A DNA stretch of 63,486 nucleotides, the filler included, from Rhabdomonas costata (taxonomy: Eukaryota), in the NCBI GenBank assembly GCA_019059605.1. It is 57 parts of 57 records of this genome, joined end to end, with 100 filler letters (N's around TTAATTAATTAA, not from the genome) between each part and the next. Parts side by side here need not be neighbours in the genome. Positions count along the whole stretch, not along the records: positions 12,278 to 13,291 come from JAHMHO010033383.1; positions 13,392 to 14,407 come from JAHMHO010033384.1; positions 14,508 to 15,523 come from JAHMHO010033385.1; positions 15,624 to 16,639 come from JAHMHO010033386.1; positions 16,740 to 17,755 come from JAHMHO010033387.1; positions 17,856 to 18,871 come from JAHMHO010033388.1; positions 18,972 to 19,977 come from JAHMHO010033389.1; positions 20,078 to 21,093 come from JAHMHO010033390.1; 49 more parts are not named here. The stretch is one strand, 5' to 3'. Positions within the stretch are counted from its first letter, which is position 1, and every line of letters starts with the position of its first letter. The position numbers were made by a program, and so were the translations under genes. The notes under the pieces were generated by a model. That model saw nothing but the letters and a program-made list of their open reading frames with translations, was not told where the DNA came from and did no database searches. This document shows positions 12,278-24,872 of this stretch, one piece after another.

Positions 12278-13291
12278 CCAGACCTCATCAAGTAAAAAAA
12301 CAAAGAAAAGACGGGGAACCGAAAGAACGACCAAAACCCCTAACTCACATCCAGCGAAAGTTGATGTCCGCAGTCCAGCCCAGCCGGATCAGCAATGATT
12401 CTAAGCAATGCCAGAGGAGGAACTCAGGTCCAGCTCACCACCCTCAGTCAAGAAAAGGAGGAAACACGGGACCGTCACGGGGCGGGGTTATGGAAGTAGA
12501 AAAAGGGGCAAAAGAGAAAGAGAGAGAGAGAGAGAAAGGAAGGAGGGGTTCAGTGGCGGGTCTATATATCCAGTACAAGGCGGACATAACTGCTGGTGGG
12601 AGCAAACAACGGAACAACAAGAAAAGGAAGGGAGCTGCGCAAGAAAAGAGTGAGCAGGGGAAAAGGCGATGGCATATCCTTTAATCCCATATACGAAAAA
12701 AGAAGCACGGCAAAGAACCTTTGGGCGAGCCCAAACGGGCCTCAGGGAACGCTATGGGCAAGAGTAAAGTATTGGATCAAGGTGGAAAGGTAAATGACTT
12801 TCAAGTGTTTCACATAATCAATCTGGACAATGCACCCCCGCGGTCCACTTCTCCCAATTCATAATTGTTATGAAAACCAATGGCAGTCATGATTATCACC
12901 AATGTGGGGGAGTTCTGGTGTTGGCTACTCAACCGTGAGTAGACTTATCCGGAAGGAAGAGATCGTAACCTGCACTCGAATGGTGGGTATCGGTCAGTGC
13001 CCCGTGGAGACTCTTGTATCGGTCGCAGCACGATTCACAAATAGCGACAAAGAGGTTAACATTTAATGCGAGAGCGACATAGAACCAGCCGAGGCCCATG
13101 GTTCGTGTGTGCGTGTGCACGCAGAAGTTCAGTGGTGTAAAAGTTGTGCAGGTAGTCCAGCGAACCAGACCTCATCAAGTAAAAAAACAAAGAAAAGACG
13201 GGGAACCGAAAGAACGACCAAAACCCCTAACTCACATCCAGCGAAAGTTGATGTCCGCAGTCCAGCCCAGCCGGATCAGCAATGATTCTAA
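12278..13291. repeat. Contig with exact 127-nt terminal direct repeat (12278-12404 = 13165-13291): 887-bp circular or tandem unit
   Basis: Start and end are identical over 127 nt, as expected for a k=127 de Bruijn loop. Confidence 0.9.
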
Positions 13292-16200
13292 NNNNNNNNN
13301 NNNNNNNNNNNNNNNNNNNNNNNNNNNNNNNNNNNTTAATTAATTAANNNNNNNNNNNNNNNNNNNNNNNNNNNNNNNNNNNNNNNNNNNNGGTGGGGTG
13401 TGCTCCGCTGTGAACGGGGTGCCTGCCCTAAGGTGTCGGAGGTACCCGTCAAAGAGCTCCTCCAGGGACTCCAGCGGGGAAGCCGCGTCCGGCGCAGTGC
13501 TGGCCGAGGAGCTGGTGCCGTGGGCGGTGTGGTCTCGGTGGCTGGCAGTGCGCTGCATCCCGGAGAGGCTGTACATCCACTCCTGAGCGGGAGCGATTGT
13601 GCAGTGAGGATTCACAATGGGCGCAGAGCAGAAATGGTTTCTTAGGGTTTGGGATTCAGTCGAATCAGTTAACAGGAAGTGAAAGCTGCGAGAATCTGGG
13701 GGATTGTAGCGGAACACTGGTGGGGCTTGGAAGGGGCAACTCTCGGAAAGGGTATTCCACGTAGCTTCAGCAAAGCAGAGATACACGTCCACGCCAGTCC
13801 ACGCAACAACACAGGATGTGGAAAAACCAGGAGAAAAGAAGGAAGAATGAAAAGGCTGCCAAGCACAGCACCATGTCAGAACAACCTAACCAACAGAAGA
13901 GAGGGCTAAGCTGTAGCAGGCCTGTTTTTTTTTTTGCATATATAGCAGGCCTCCCGAAACGCAGTGCCGCGCAGAACACTCTGGGTGCATTGCCTTTTTC
14001 TGGCCCATCATCTCAAATTTGATCCTGTTTCGTACATTAGCGTGCATTTTTCTCTCAATCAGCTTTAGGTATAGTAAAACTGTACGAATAACACAAAAAT
14101 TCATCGGAAAAGTTATTTCCATATTAAAAAACAAGTTTAAAAATCAACACCCATCGAACCTTTCAGTACGCATTTGCGAATTCCATGTTTGTTTTCTTGT
14201 ACCTCTGAGCCACGAAACTCCAATGCACCCAGCGCATAAGAAGCAGCCGGCATGCGTTTCCTTTCTTTTGAGCGCCTTTCCTCCATTTCAATATTGTGCC
14301 TTGTTATCACTTTATTATTCAATTGTTTATCTCGAAGGATAACCTCTCGCCCTCTTCACCCTTCGACTGCAACAAGGTGGCCCACACCCACCAACCACAC
14401 CCAACACNNNNNNNNNNNNNNNNNNNNNNNNNNNNNNNNNNNNNNNNNNNNTTAATTAATTAANNNNNNNNNNNNNNNNNNNNNNNNNNNNNNNNNNNNN
14501 NNNNNNNGGTCACGGGTGACCCTTATGCTTTGCCCTCCCACCTCCAATCTTCATTTCTCTTCCCGCTTCCAAGAAATCTTCGGTTTTTGCTTTCCCACAT
14601 GCGCGCACGCGCATCACTGCGCTTCCGCGCTCCCTCTTTTTTCCGTGACGAGTGGTCAAGGCGTTTTGGCTATTTCCCGGCGTGTAGGCATTCTGTGCCT
14701 TATCTCGGACGCTGTGGGATGAGTGGCTGTCGTGGGTCCCTTCTCCACGTCAATGAGGAGATGTGCTGTGCACGGTGCGAACGGGGCCGGGGATGGGGCA
14801 GCACCTGTTGTGTACACTCCACTGTCTCAGCGAGCCCTACTGCAGACCATCTGCTGGCTGCCCTGCGAGGGTTGCGTGTTCATGTGCGTGCAGGTTAGTT
14901 AGCAGTGCAGCACAATGGCCAAGTTTTACCCGCTCAGGGAGGGTGCTGCATGCAATCCCTCTGTTGTCAGGTGCACCAGACACAGGGGGTCTAGCCGTGC
15001 AGCTCTTTGGTTTGCTTGCGATGTGCTCCGCTCTCATTCTTCTTGCTACGTCCTCCGTAGTCGGTATACACTGCTTCGCAACTCCTCTTTCCAGTGCTTG
15101 GGTTTGTCCTGTCCTCCCATTTTGTTTGGTTCTGTTGTGTCTGTCCCATGCGCCCTTGTTGCCGGTCCATGCAACACAACCTGCTGCGATCGCTGGCACA
15201 TGCTGGGCACGTTTGTATTTTCGGTGCAATTGTGTTGGGGGGGAGTAACCACGATTCCCATGGCTACCACTATGGGGATTATCACGCCACACAACAATTC
15301 CTGAATCCTAAAAAATAACCTGTCCCATGTTCAGGGCTGCCTGTTTACGCACCACGCTCCAACGCATCGGAAACCAAAACGAAACCCAACCCAACTCAGC
15401 ACACACACCAGAAGAGTGGTCTCATTGCCCTCCCACACTGTGGGTGACCTGTATGTGTGTCCCGCAAGGACAGTTTTCATATCGTCTGTTAATCGCCAAA
15501 ACCCAACCACACACACCCAACACNNNNNNNNNNNNNNNNNNNNNNNNNNNNNNNNNNNNNNNNNNNNTTAATTAATTAANNNNNNNNNNNNNNNNNNNNN
15601 NNNNNNNNNNNNNNNNNNNNNNNGGGGTGGGTGCGCTCGCCAGGGCCCGCGGGCACCGGCGCGGCACCGCCGGGCATCGCACGCATCAGCTGGCCGGTCA
15701 TGGGGCAGATGTAGACAGCCATCGAAGTAGATGAGAAAGCCGGTAGTGAAGGGCTAAGAGCTGAACAAAGCTGCGGAAAATAAAGAGAGGCAAATACGGA
15801 AGTTTGAAAAAGGCTGCACGGGACGGGGAAGGATCTGAAGAGCGCTTTGCGATCGGAGAAACAATTCAGAAAGGGCTCTTTTATTCGCTTTCCAACCAAT
15901 TGTCCGCCTTGTTGGCAGACACAGATTTGTGTGAATGTATGAATTTGTGTATGTCCGGAGACATACAGCTGGGCTGCGAAAAAAATGCAAATTGGCGTGA
16001 CCGAAACTGTTGAGAAACGCGCTTTTTCCAGCCCTTGATTCACTATGTACGTTGGCAACAGGTGTTTTTATCATGAAATTATCCATTAATGCCTGCATTT
16101 CTGTTGGTTGATTCAGTGAAGAACGGAAGCAAAATAGTCAAAGTGAAATGATACTTAGTGGGGTGCCATTAGCTCTCCAGCCATCAGCTCTTTTTCATTC

Positions 16201-17283
16201 AGGCCTCCAACTTATTTCTCATCGTCATCTGCCACTTGTTTCTAACCTTCGCATTTCAGACCCCTTCTCAGATTTGCAACGGCATGCCCTGTTCCGATTT
16301 GAAAACTATTTCAAATTTTCTATTGCCATAATACTTCTATGCTACAATTAGTAATGGTACTTGATGGCATACGGGCTGAATAATGGCAGTGTACGGCGAA
16401 CCATGTAAGTAAAGGGGTAAATCTCATCTCCCGGAAAATAAAAATGGATCTTGGGCCGCGGAGCGCAGTGCAGCAGACAACCCAGAAAACTGTAGGGAAC
16501 TTGTGCATCGCCTCCTAACTCCCTGCAAAATATCTGCTGGAACCCCAGGGGACCAGTGCATCGCCTCCAAAACCCATCCAAAAAATTGTATTGGAAACCC
16601 AGGGTACACCTGCATATACCCAATTATACAACCCCCACCNNNNNNNNNNNNNNNNNNNNNNNNNNNNNNNNNNNNNNNNNNNNTTAATTAATTAANNNNN
16701 NNNNNNNNNNNNNNNNNNNNNNNNNNNNNNNNNNNNNNNTCAGTTTGCTTTGTTATTTCGGCGGAACCCCCCCCCCTTCTTGAGAGGGATTGATGTGGCA
16801 CGTATAATTGCACCCAGGTGGAAAAACGCCCGCGGATATGTGCATTGCCTCCTTCCCCCCCTGTAAAATCCCAAATTACAGTTTAAAGGGGCGGGTGGAG
16901 GCATAACATTCCTGAGCCGGAGTATTTGTGTGTGGGTGCGGGTGTGGGTGCAAAACCAGTTGCGCCCTAATACTTACTTTGGGACCTGATCGTAAATGTG
17001 TATGTGAGTCCATTTGTTTCGACGCAAGACGGCTTGCGCGCTGCAGAGCACCAAACAATGACGGACACCTGCAACTTGCACTTTTCCTGCCTCATGGAAT
17101 CACCGGTCCAATGTCCATCCCTCTCACCCGTGTCCAATGTCCAATGTCCATCCCTCTCACCCGTGCATGTGTGGTGACTTGCGTACTATCCGCCTCGAGA
17201 GAAAACTTTGGCGGACTCAGCGGCCTGAACGATGTGGAATGGCTTTTGGGACGTTGTGTACTGTGCCTGTGGTTTGGATGTAG

Positions 17284-17618
17284 TTGTGGGCCACCTCAAG
17301 ACGGCGTGCATCCTGGGTGCGGGCTACACGGTGTTCCAGCAGCCCCTCACCGCGGCCAACCTCGCGGGCACCCTGGCCGCTGCCTTGAGCATGGTGTACT
17401 ACTCCTACCTCAAGCTCACGCAGCCACCTCCGTCCGGGGCAGCCCCCGCATCGGGCTCCTCCCTTGCCTCGCCACCTCGAGCTATCCCTGGAAGCCCGCA
17501 TTCTTCCTCGGTCGGGGAGTTGTCTGGAATGCTCTCCAGCGCTTCCATCCCGGTCGGCGAAGGGACCCTGCCCGGAGTTGCGGTGGTGCGCCGGGCTCTA
17601 CCCGCAGGGAGGGACTAA
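17284..17618 (+). CDS. Last exon of a nucleotide-sugar / triose-phosphate (TPT/DMT family) transporter
   Basis: VVGHLKTACILGAGYTVFQQPLTAANLAGTLAAALSMVYYSYLKL is the typical final two TM helices, followed by a low-complexity tail and TAA. Confidence 0.8.
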
Positions 17619-17862
17619 AGCCCTTTGGGTGTGGTTTTCTTTCGCTCACTCACCCCACCTCACCCCACACGCTCTCTCTCTCTCTCTCTCTCTCTTTCGG
17701 TCTCAATTGTCCCAAAAGACATGATGTTACATTGTTTGTCTCTCTCCCAACAACCNNNNNNNNNNNNNNNNNNNNNNNNNNNNNNNNNNNNNNNNNNNNT
17801 TAATTAATTAANNNNNNNNNNNNNNNNNNNNNNNNNNNNNNNNNNNNNNNNNNNNCTTCCGC

Positions 17863-18199
17863 ACTTTCTCGAAGTGCTTGTGGATTGCCCTTCCTCAGCC
17901 CAATACCTTAATCCGCAATCGAACAATTGGGGTTAGTGTTGTGCACTGTAATGGACTTCGCCAAAAAGAAAGAGGCTTGATTCAAGCTTCTTTGGGGTGT
18001 GCACAATTTACGTAATCACAGACCACTTGAAGGTTTGCGTGCGTGTGAACACGTGTGGGCACGGCTTGAGCGGGAACGGGGGGGGGGCATTTTGTTGCCT
18101 GGGTTGCTTCTGAACTTTCTCGAAGTGCTTGTGGATTGCCCTTCCTCAGCCCAATACCTTAATCCGCAATCGAACAATTGGGGTTAGTGTTGTGCACTG
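17863..18199. repeat. ~85-nt direct repeat, period 251 nt
   Basis: actttctcgaagtgcttgtggattgccc...gttgtgcactg occurs at 17863 and 18114. Confidence 0.9.
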
Positions 18200-18317
18200 C
18201 GAGGACGTTTCTCAATCGTCCTTATTTCTCCGGTAGTCCCTTCTGCTACGCGAAGGATTGAACGCGGGTGTCCCATGTATGGTAGTGATGAAGGATAGGG
18301 GGTGCGGGTTTGCACAC

Positions 18318-18842
18318 CGTCTTTGTCCAGCAGAAGGTTCTCAGGCTGAAGAGCATAACAGAAACGAAGCGTGAGGCAGGTGATGGTGTGTGCTAGCGTG
18401 GCACGGGGTGTGCTCGTTAGCTTCTTCAAGGTCAAAATGTTCAACGTCAGTAATTTTTATATCCAAGGTGGAAAATGAGGTTGGCTTTGATTTGCAGAAT
18501 CAGAGCACACACAGCAAGAACGTGTGGGTTCCTGTTTCTTGACCCACACCCAATAAGTATCCCAATCTCCCGGCTGTGGCAGTCGTTTCTCTGAAAATCC
18601 TTCTTCTCCCTGTTGCGGCGGGTTACAGCACTGGCTAGCTTTCCCCTGAGCCACCAACAATTTTCTTGTGTGAGTCAGCGTTTTTGTGGAAACGACGCAA
18701 ACACTTCGCTACAGCATTTTGGCGAGGGAGGGGTTGCTTGTGTGTCTGCGCAGGTGAGAGAGTGCGTGTGGGAGGTCGGGACCTTGAGGTCGCGGTAGAT
18801 GATGCCGTGGGAGTGCAGGTACTGCAGCGCGGACACCACCTC
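18318..18842 (-). CDS. Ser/Thr protein kinase (AGC-like) catalytic-loop exons 18842-18783 and 18345-18318
   Basis: EVVSALQYLHSHGIIYRDLK|gt ... cag|PENLLLDKDG|gt; splicing restores YRDLKPENLLLD. Confidence 0.88.
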
Positions 18843-19223
18843 CCGCGACCTCAAGGTCCCGACCCCCCACCNNNNNNNNNNNNNNNNNNNNNNNNNNNNN
18901 NNNNNNNNNNNNNNNTTAATTAATTAANNNNNNNNNNNNNNNNNNNNNNNNNNNNNNNNNNNNNNNNNNNNTCGGCTCCTCGCTGTGTGCAAAGGTCGCG
19001 GGCTTTTTCACCTTCCCATACTCAGACTCTGGGTAGCATGATACTCGAGGACATAGAACCGATGAAGGCAATAAAACTGTGCAGTTTCTGGAAGATTCTG
19101 ACTCGCAACGTGTGTTCTTCCTCAGGGAAACATGGATGGCACTCAGGTGTTTGGCCAAGGTTTCTTAAAAGAAAAGTAAGTGTCCATGCGTTTGCTTTGG
19201 TGTGCTTCCCGTTCTGCACGAAG

Positions 19224-19348
19224 GTTCACCCGAACACTCCTGTGGTCGCTATTGTGGGGGACGGGGACTTCCTCATGAACGTGCAGGAGATGGAGACCGC
19301 CACTCGTCTCAAGTCGAACATCACTGTCATGGTGTGGGAAGACGGCGG
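19224..19348 (+). CDS. Exon of a thiamine-diphosphate enzyme, acetolactate-synthase-like C-terminal domain
   Basis: VHPNTPVVAIVGDGDFLMNVQEMETATRLKSNITVMVWEDGG contains the GDG TPP-binding motif; aag| and |gtatg boundaries. Confidence 0.85.
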
Positions 19349-20447
19349 GTATGCCGTGTTGCGTTGGTCCTGCTTCGTTCCTCGCTTTCTGATGTCGTGC
19401 CGCCCCACCTTTTGGTTTTTCTAATCTTTGGGATGTTACCCTCGATCACTTGCACTTGCACTGGCTCCAGTGGCTTCTCTGAGTCTGACTAACCAGTTTG
19501 GTTGATTGAGTATACGAATCAGCACAGATGGCTACACGATTGCATTCCTGATGCTGCGAAGCTATCTCTAATCTCTGGTGAAGTGATGGATAGGTTCCAT
19601 CCTACGTAGCTGATATAGATCGTCCAGGAACAAGCTTGTGGAGGAAGCCTTTGGGGCACCAGGCAGGAGCGGGGCCCATGAGGTGGCAAAGTAAGACTTA
19701 AAGCATGCTTTTTCTCCTTCTTCGCGGTTTCTCGCGCGGATCCAATTCCAACGTAGCCATAGCTCACCTAAATTGTACTTGGGCGTTGCTCATGCAGTGC
19801 TTCGTGTAAGCTTCTCGACGGGGGTTTTCCCCACATTCCTCCACATTCTCGCTTCTGCTGGCTCCTTCACGGACACAGCTTCTCAGCGAAAGAATTGCAC
19901 TGTTCAGCGGTGCTCCTGGCAAGACTTTTGCATGGGCTGCCAAAGGAATCCCACCGTTATGCACTTGTTTGAATCTTNNNNNNNNNNNNNNNNNNNNNNN
20001 NNNNNNNNNNNNNNNNNNNNNTTAATTAATTAANNNNNNNNNNNNNNNNNNNNNNNNNNNNNNNNNNNNNNNNNNNNTTGTTTGTTGTTTTTTCCGGCGG
20101 TCTTCTGTTGCATGCAGGGGCGGGATACTTAATTTGAGGAGGGGGAGGGGGAGGCTGTATAAGTAACTGGCACCTGGCGAAACTAAACCAAAGGAGTCCG
20201 TTTCCCCTACATATGAGAGTACATACTTCGCTTTGACGTGCATTGCCACGTAGGACCGAAATACACTTTCCCCAGCAACGTCCCGGCCTCAGCCTTCTTG
20301 TCTTTGCTCCCTTTCGCGACTTGCTGAGAACACTTGTACACCTTGTGGCGCACGCTCTTTGCGCGTATTTGCTTCCCCCAAGTTTCCAGGGGCCTTCCAG
20401 GCCCCCCCTGAGCCTTCTTACACGCCAGCGCACACGCGCAAAGGTGC

Positions 20448-20880
20448 CTGTGGCCACGGAGGTGTTCGGGGCGGTGGTGCCGTTGCACTGCGAGCCCACC
20501 ACCAGCTTGATCCCGTCCCCTGTACCGTTCAGGAGGTACCCCGAGAGGATAATTGTAAACTTCCACCCCATCACCACGGGATAGCTCACCGCCAGCCACT
20601 CCGCGCCCAGGACCCCCAGGCGGTTGGTCATCAGCACCCAACCGCCGCCCACGGCGCGGTAGCACACGCTGAAGTTGCCCCCGCGCAGGAACACCGCGGT
20701 GAAGGTCAGGCCACCCCCGGGGTAGGTCACCACGGTGGCAGTGGTGGAGCCCGGTGCGAAGGCCGTGCTGGAGCAGTTCCCTGAGGTAGTGTTGAGCACC
20801 ACCACAGAGTCCGCGGTGGGATTCAGGGAGCATCCGGTGAAGAGCAAGCTCGTGGGAACCCCAGCCGCGGTGCGAGAGCC
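20448..20880 (-). CDS. Exon of a beta-rich repetitive extracellular/surface protein
   Basis: GC3-rich exon after ttacag|, with many NxS/T sequons, GNFSVCY motif and internal repeat (LLFTGCSLNPTADSV / IILSGYLLNGTGDGI). Confidence 0.6.
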
Positions 20881-23800
20881 CTGTAACAGAGACATGAGAG
20901 ACGGAAAGTGGCCTAGCAAATTCGAGACGCTGTGTGGGGGCTTCGATTTGGGGATCTCGTCGAAACGAACCAGGAGGAGTGTCACTCCTTCAATCGCTCT
21001 GACCCGTTTGGTGGGCTGCAACTGAATCCTAGATCCATGGATGCCTTTGCGAAGCTTACTCAACTACTCACAGAACGCGCTTAACCACAACACNNNNNNN
21101 NNNNNNNNNNNNNNNNNNNNNNNNNNNNNNNNNNNNNTTAATTAATTAANNNNNNNNNNNNNNNNNNNNNNNNNNNNNNNNNNNNNNNNNNNNTGTTGGG
21201 GTTATGCTGAGCGGGGCGACCCAATCGTGCGCACTTCCTTTTGCTTCGAGGGTTCGAGTGCGTGTGCTTGTTTGTGAGTTATGTGGTTCGGCATTTCGGT
21301 TTTCACGTCTTCCTTGCCTGGAGATTTCGGATTCTCTTCCGCGATCGTCCTTTCCCATTGTGTCATGGCCGTTTTGTGTGTAGGTTGGTACACAACAAGT
21401 CTCAAGAGCGATGGCTGCCCGTTGGCTGCAATGGTAGAAATTTTTGCAAAAGAATTGCGAAATCTCTTTCCATCTCTCCGTTTTGCCAAATCGGTCGGTA
21501 GCGGGACGTATTCCTTGGGTCTCTCCTGTCAGATTTTTGCTTTTCCAAAAGTACCTCAATTAACCTTGGCAAACCTTAGACCTCAGATGAGCAGGTCTGC
21601 CGGTTTTGCCTTCACATGAACCGGTGCTTTGCGGCGATCAGGCGGAAGATCGGATGTTTCTTGTGGGGGAGGTTCATTGTGTTGCACAAAGAGTCCCTTT
21701 TTTTCTTGTTTCTTTTATTATTTCCTTTGCCCTTGCAATGACTGATGGAGTCAGCCCCAACGTGTTGCAGACTGTCGAGTGCAACAAAGGTGTGTTAGTC
21801 ACCTTCCACACAATCTCAGAAAACGAGCAGCTGTTCCGCGAAGATTGGTATTCACCACCAGAGTTTTGTAGGGTGCGCTGCTGCTGCTGTTTTGTGGTCT
21901 TCCCGAAGACAAATTGCTTCGAGCCCTGTGGTTGCATCGTTTTTGCTGTTAGACCAGAGCTGCAAGCCTTCCTCATGACAACAAAACCTCAATTCTGACC
22001 TGGCTGAAAAAGCACAGGCAGCTACAGTTGTGTTTTTAGATAACCCTTCCCTGTGCATTCCCGGCGCATACGCGCTCCCTCCGGATTGATTGCGCACACG
22101 TGAGTGTCTTTTACTCAACACTCTACTACCAACATAGAACTATGCAAAGGTTTCGTCCATGACCTTCCACTTTAGTCATTAGCGCTACCACCACACCCAA
22201 CACANNNNNNNNNNNNNNNNNNNNNNNNNNNNNNNNNNNNNNNNNNNNTTAATTAATTAANNNNNNNNNNNNNNNNNNNNNNNNNNNNNNNNNNNNNNNN
22301 NNNNTGTGGTTGTTGAGGAGTATGTCTATGGTGGGGGCGAGGTCCTGCGCTGCTCTCACCCCTGATTCCTTCCGTCTTTATGTTGTGCATTTTGGATGCC
22401 GACATGCGCATTTCTGTTGATCCAAGGTGGAATAGCGCACTGTATCACGTGACTGTTCCGGTCTATGTCATTATATCGTCACCCACCCCCCGCCCATTCC
22501 AGCATTGCATTTTGGGTGGGGTGCAGGTGCAGGGAAGGAGAATGGGAAGGTGGTAATGGCGGAAACGGGGGAGAGAGAGTGAGTTTAGTGGGAGCTGCAG
22601 TGACTACTGAAGTTTGGGAGCGATGCGTGATAATCCCTCTTCTGCAGCGAGGGAGGAGCTCATGGAAGGTGCAGTAGTAATAATATCCGCAGCACAGAGA
22701 TTCGTCCTTGATTTGCTTGCGTCCACACAAACCCGCATAAATGGCCAGGCTTGCATCCGGAGACTCCGGGCTGCTGCCAGATTCTCCGGTGGGCACGAGG
22801 CGGTTCTGCGATCTCCAGGCCCTACAGCCGCTGAGGCCGTTCACCACCCGGCTGGCGACGCGGAGGGACCTTCGTAAGGTGTGGCGGTGTGTGCATGGTA
22901 CACGGGCCGTGCGGTTTGAGCAACAAAGGGGGAGCAACATCACGAGAACGCTAGCTCCCCTCTGCTTGCTCGGCCGAGATGATCGTATCACAGCAAATTC
23001 CTGGTGCAACTCCTAAATCCCTAACCATTGTATAGCCTGCAAGCTTGAGCCTCATCCGTACTCGCTTTTCCCCATCTGAATTCAGGTTGGCTGTTTGTTG
23101 GCATCCGCATTTCTGTTATTGTCGGCTGGTTAATATCGCCTTGAGTACGCTTAACCCGAACCCAGAAGCAAAGAACTGTTACTCCTAAGATAACAGGAAA
23201 GCAAACAGCCCAATCGAAGTTGCAGCTCCCGCTCCCCTTGCCAGCCCAGCCACGTAAGGCCAGCTTGCTTCTCCCCTCATCCGTCCTCTCCGGGCCCCTA
23301 CCGTCAGAGTTCCTCAACACNNNNNNNNNNNNNNNNNNNNNNNNNNNNNNNNNNNNNNNNNNNNTTAATTAATTAANNNNNNNNNNNNNNNNNNNNNNNN
23401 NNNNNNNNNNNNNNNNNNNNTGTGGGGTGTCTCCAAGTCAGAAGTCTTGATTATGTATCTCTTGGTTGATCCCTGAGCTTCCTTGTCCAGATTTTTGCGT
23501 GTCCGCCCGTTTTCGGGAAAGCACTTCCATATATCGCTTCTGTATTTTTTTCTCTCAACATCTGCTCGCCAACCAGAGATCCTGGTGAAGGCGCTGTCCA
23601 CGTCACACCGCCTGCGAGGTGATGATGTGTTGAACAACAAGCGGCCTTGATACAGCTTAGCACGAAAAGGGAGCTTAGCGTGCATTCACTGGCTTGGAGC
23701 ACAAAGAAAAAATCAACTTAATACACCAAACGTAACACAACGTTGCAAAAATAAAGGTCCTCGAAATTCCCAGCCACATGAGGTGTAATTACGCCAGGTT

Positions 23801-24788
23801 AGTTTTCTGCATGACAGGCACCTCGAGAAGGTGGCGGGGCAGCCTTCAGCAGGAAGGGCACGTGACGGCTGCACCACCACCCGAAGAACGAGCGGTCGTA
23901 CCCAGGAGAGATCTCGTCCCAGAATCCCGGGCTGCCCGCCGGGGGCACCGCGGGCCGGGGCGAGGATGTGGTGAAGGACGATATACCGCCACGTGAGCAC
24001 TGCCGCTGCATCATCCCGCGGCACAGCAGGCGAAAGCCACCGCTGGGCATTGGTGTCTGCCTCTCGCCTCACCTTCCGCAAAGGTTGGCTTTGCGTCTAT
24101 AATCTGATCGGCTTCAAATTAAAGAAATCACAGTCTGAGCGTAAAAAATAGAAAGGCGAGAGAGAGAGAAGCGGGAAAAGTGGTGGTCACGAAGCAAATT
24201 CGGATGGGGACACCAAGTTACCCACCATTTAGGAATGTTCGACTTGGGGCAGCTGCAGCGTGGGAAGACTGGAGCAATGTAGGCCTCATATTTGCTCACA
24301 TCTGGAGCTCTCCCTTCTTTCAGTATTTCACAGAAAGACAGCAGGGGTGAGAGAATGGGACCAGCCCAGGTACAGGATGCATGCTCTTTCGTTTGGCAAT
24401 AACCCTCAACTCCCCAGCCATCATGAACCACCCCACNNNNNNNNNNNNNNNNNNNNNNNNNNNNNNNNNNNNNNNNNNNNTTAATTAATTAANNNNNNNN
24501 NNNNNNNNNNNNNNNNNNNNNNNNNNNNNNNNNNNNGTTGGTTGGAGCAGTCACGTTGTTTGTTGTTTCTACGTGGGTTCTCCTGACCTCTGAAGTGCGG
24601 CCCTGCGTGCCTTAACTCTAAAATACAAAACTGATGTCCTCAATGGTACAGAGCCTATGCTGCGCAGACCAGAGCAAGCTGGGTTTTTATGGGCACGTCA
24701 CCGAACGTAGACTCACATTATCACATCATATCGACATGCAACGCGACTTGAGAAAACGAGATGTGCGCCGTGGGGTGGGTGGCTTCAG

Positions 24789-24872
24789 AGACTTGAAGCC
24801 CGAAAACATCCTGCTGGACGAGCATGGCACCATCAAGTTGGCGGACTTTGGGCTGGCAGCAATCATGATCCG
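24789..24872 (+). CDS. Ser/Thr protein kinase exon (subdomains VIb-VII)
   Basis: ttcag|RDLKPENILLDEHGTIKLADFGLAAIMI|gtgtag. Confidence 0.9.

Noticed and set aside
12929-13120. SAGYDL dUTPase motif 1 on the minus strand of the loop contig
   Set aside because: I could find no downstream RSG or GxIDxxYxG motifs, so it may be chance.
22188-22204. Recurrent C/A-only contig ends (CCACACCCAACACA; also near 9931, 14395, 15508, 35570) and G/T-only starts, superficially telomere-like
   Set aside because: They match the reverse complement of a GenomePlex-type WGA primer (TGTGTTGGGTGTGTTTGG, from memory) and its G/T-only random tail, so they are library residue.
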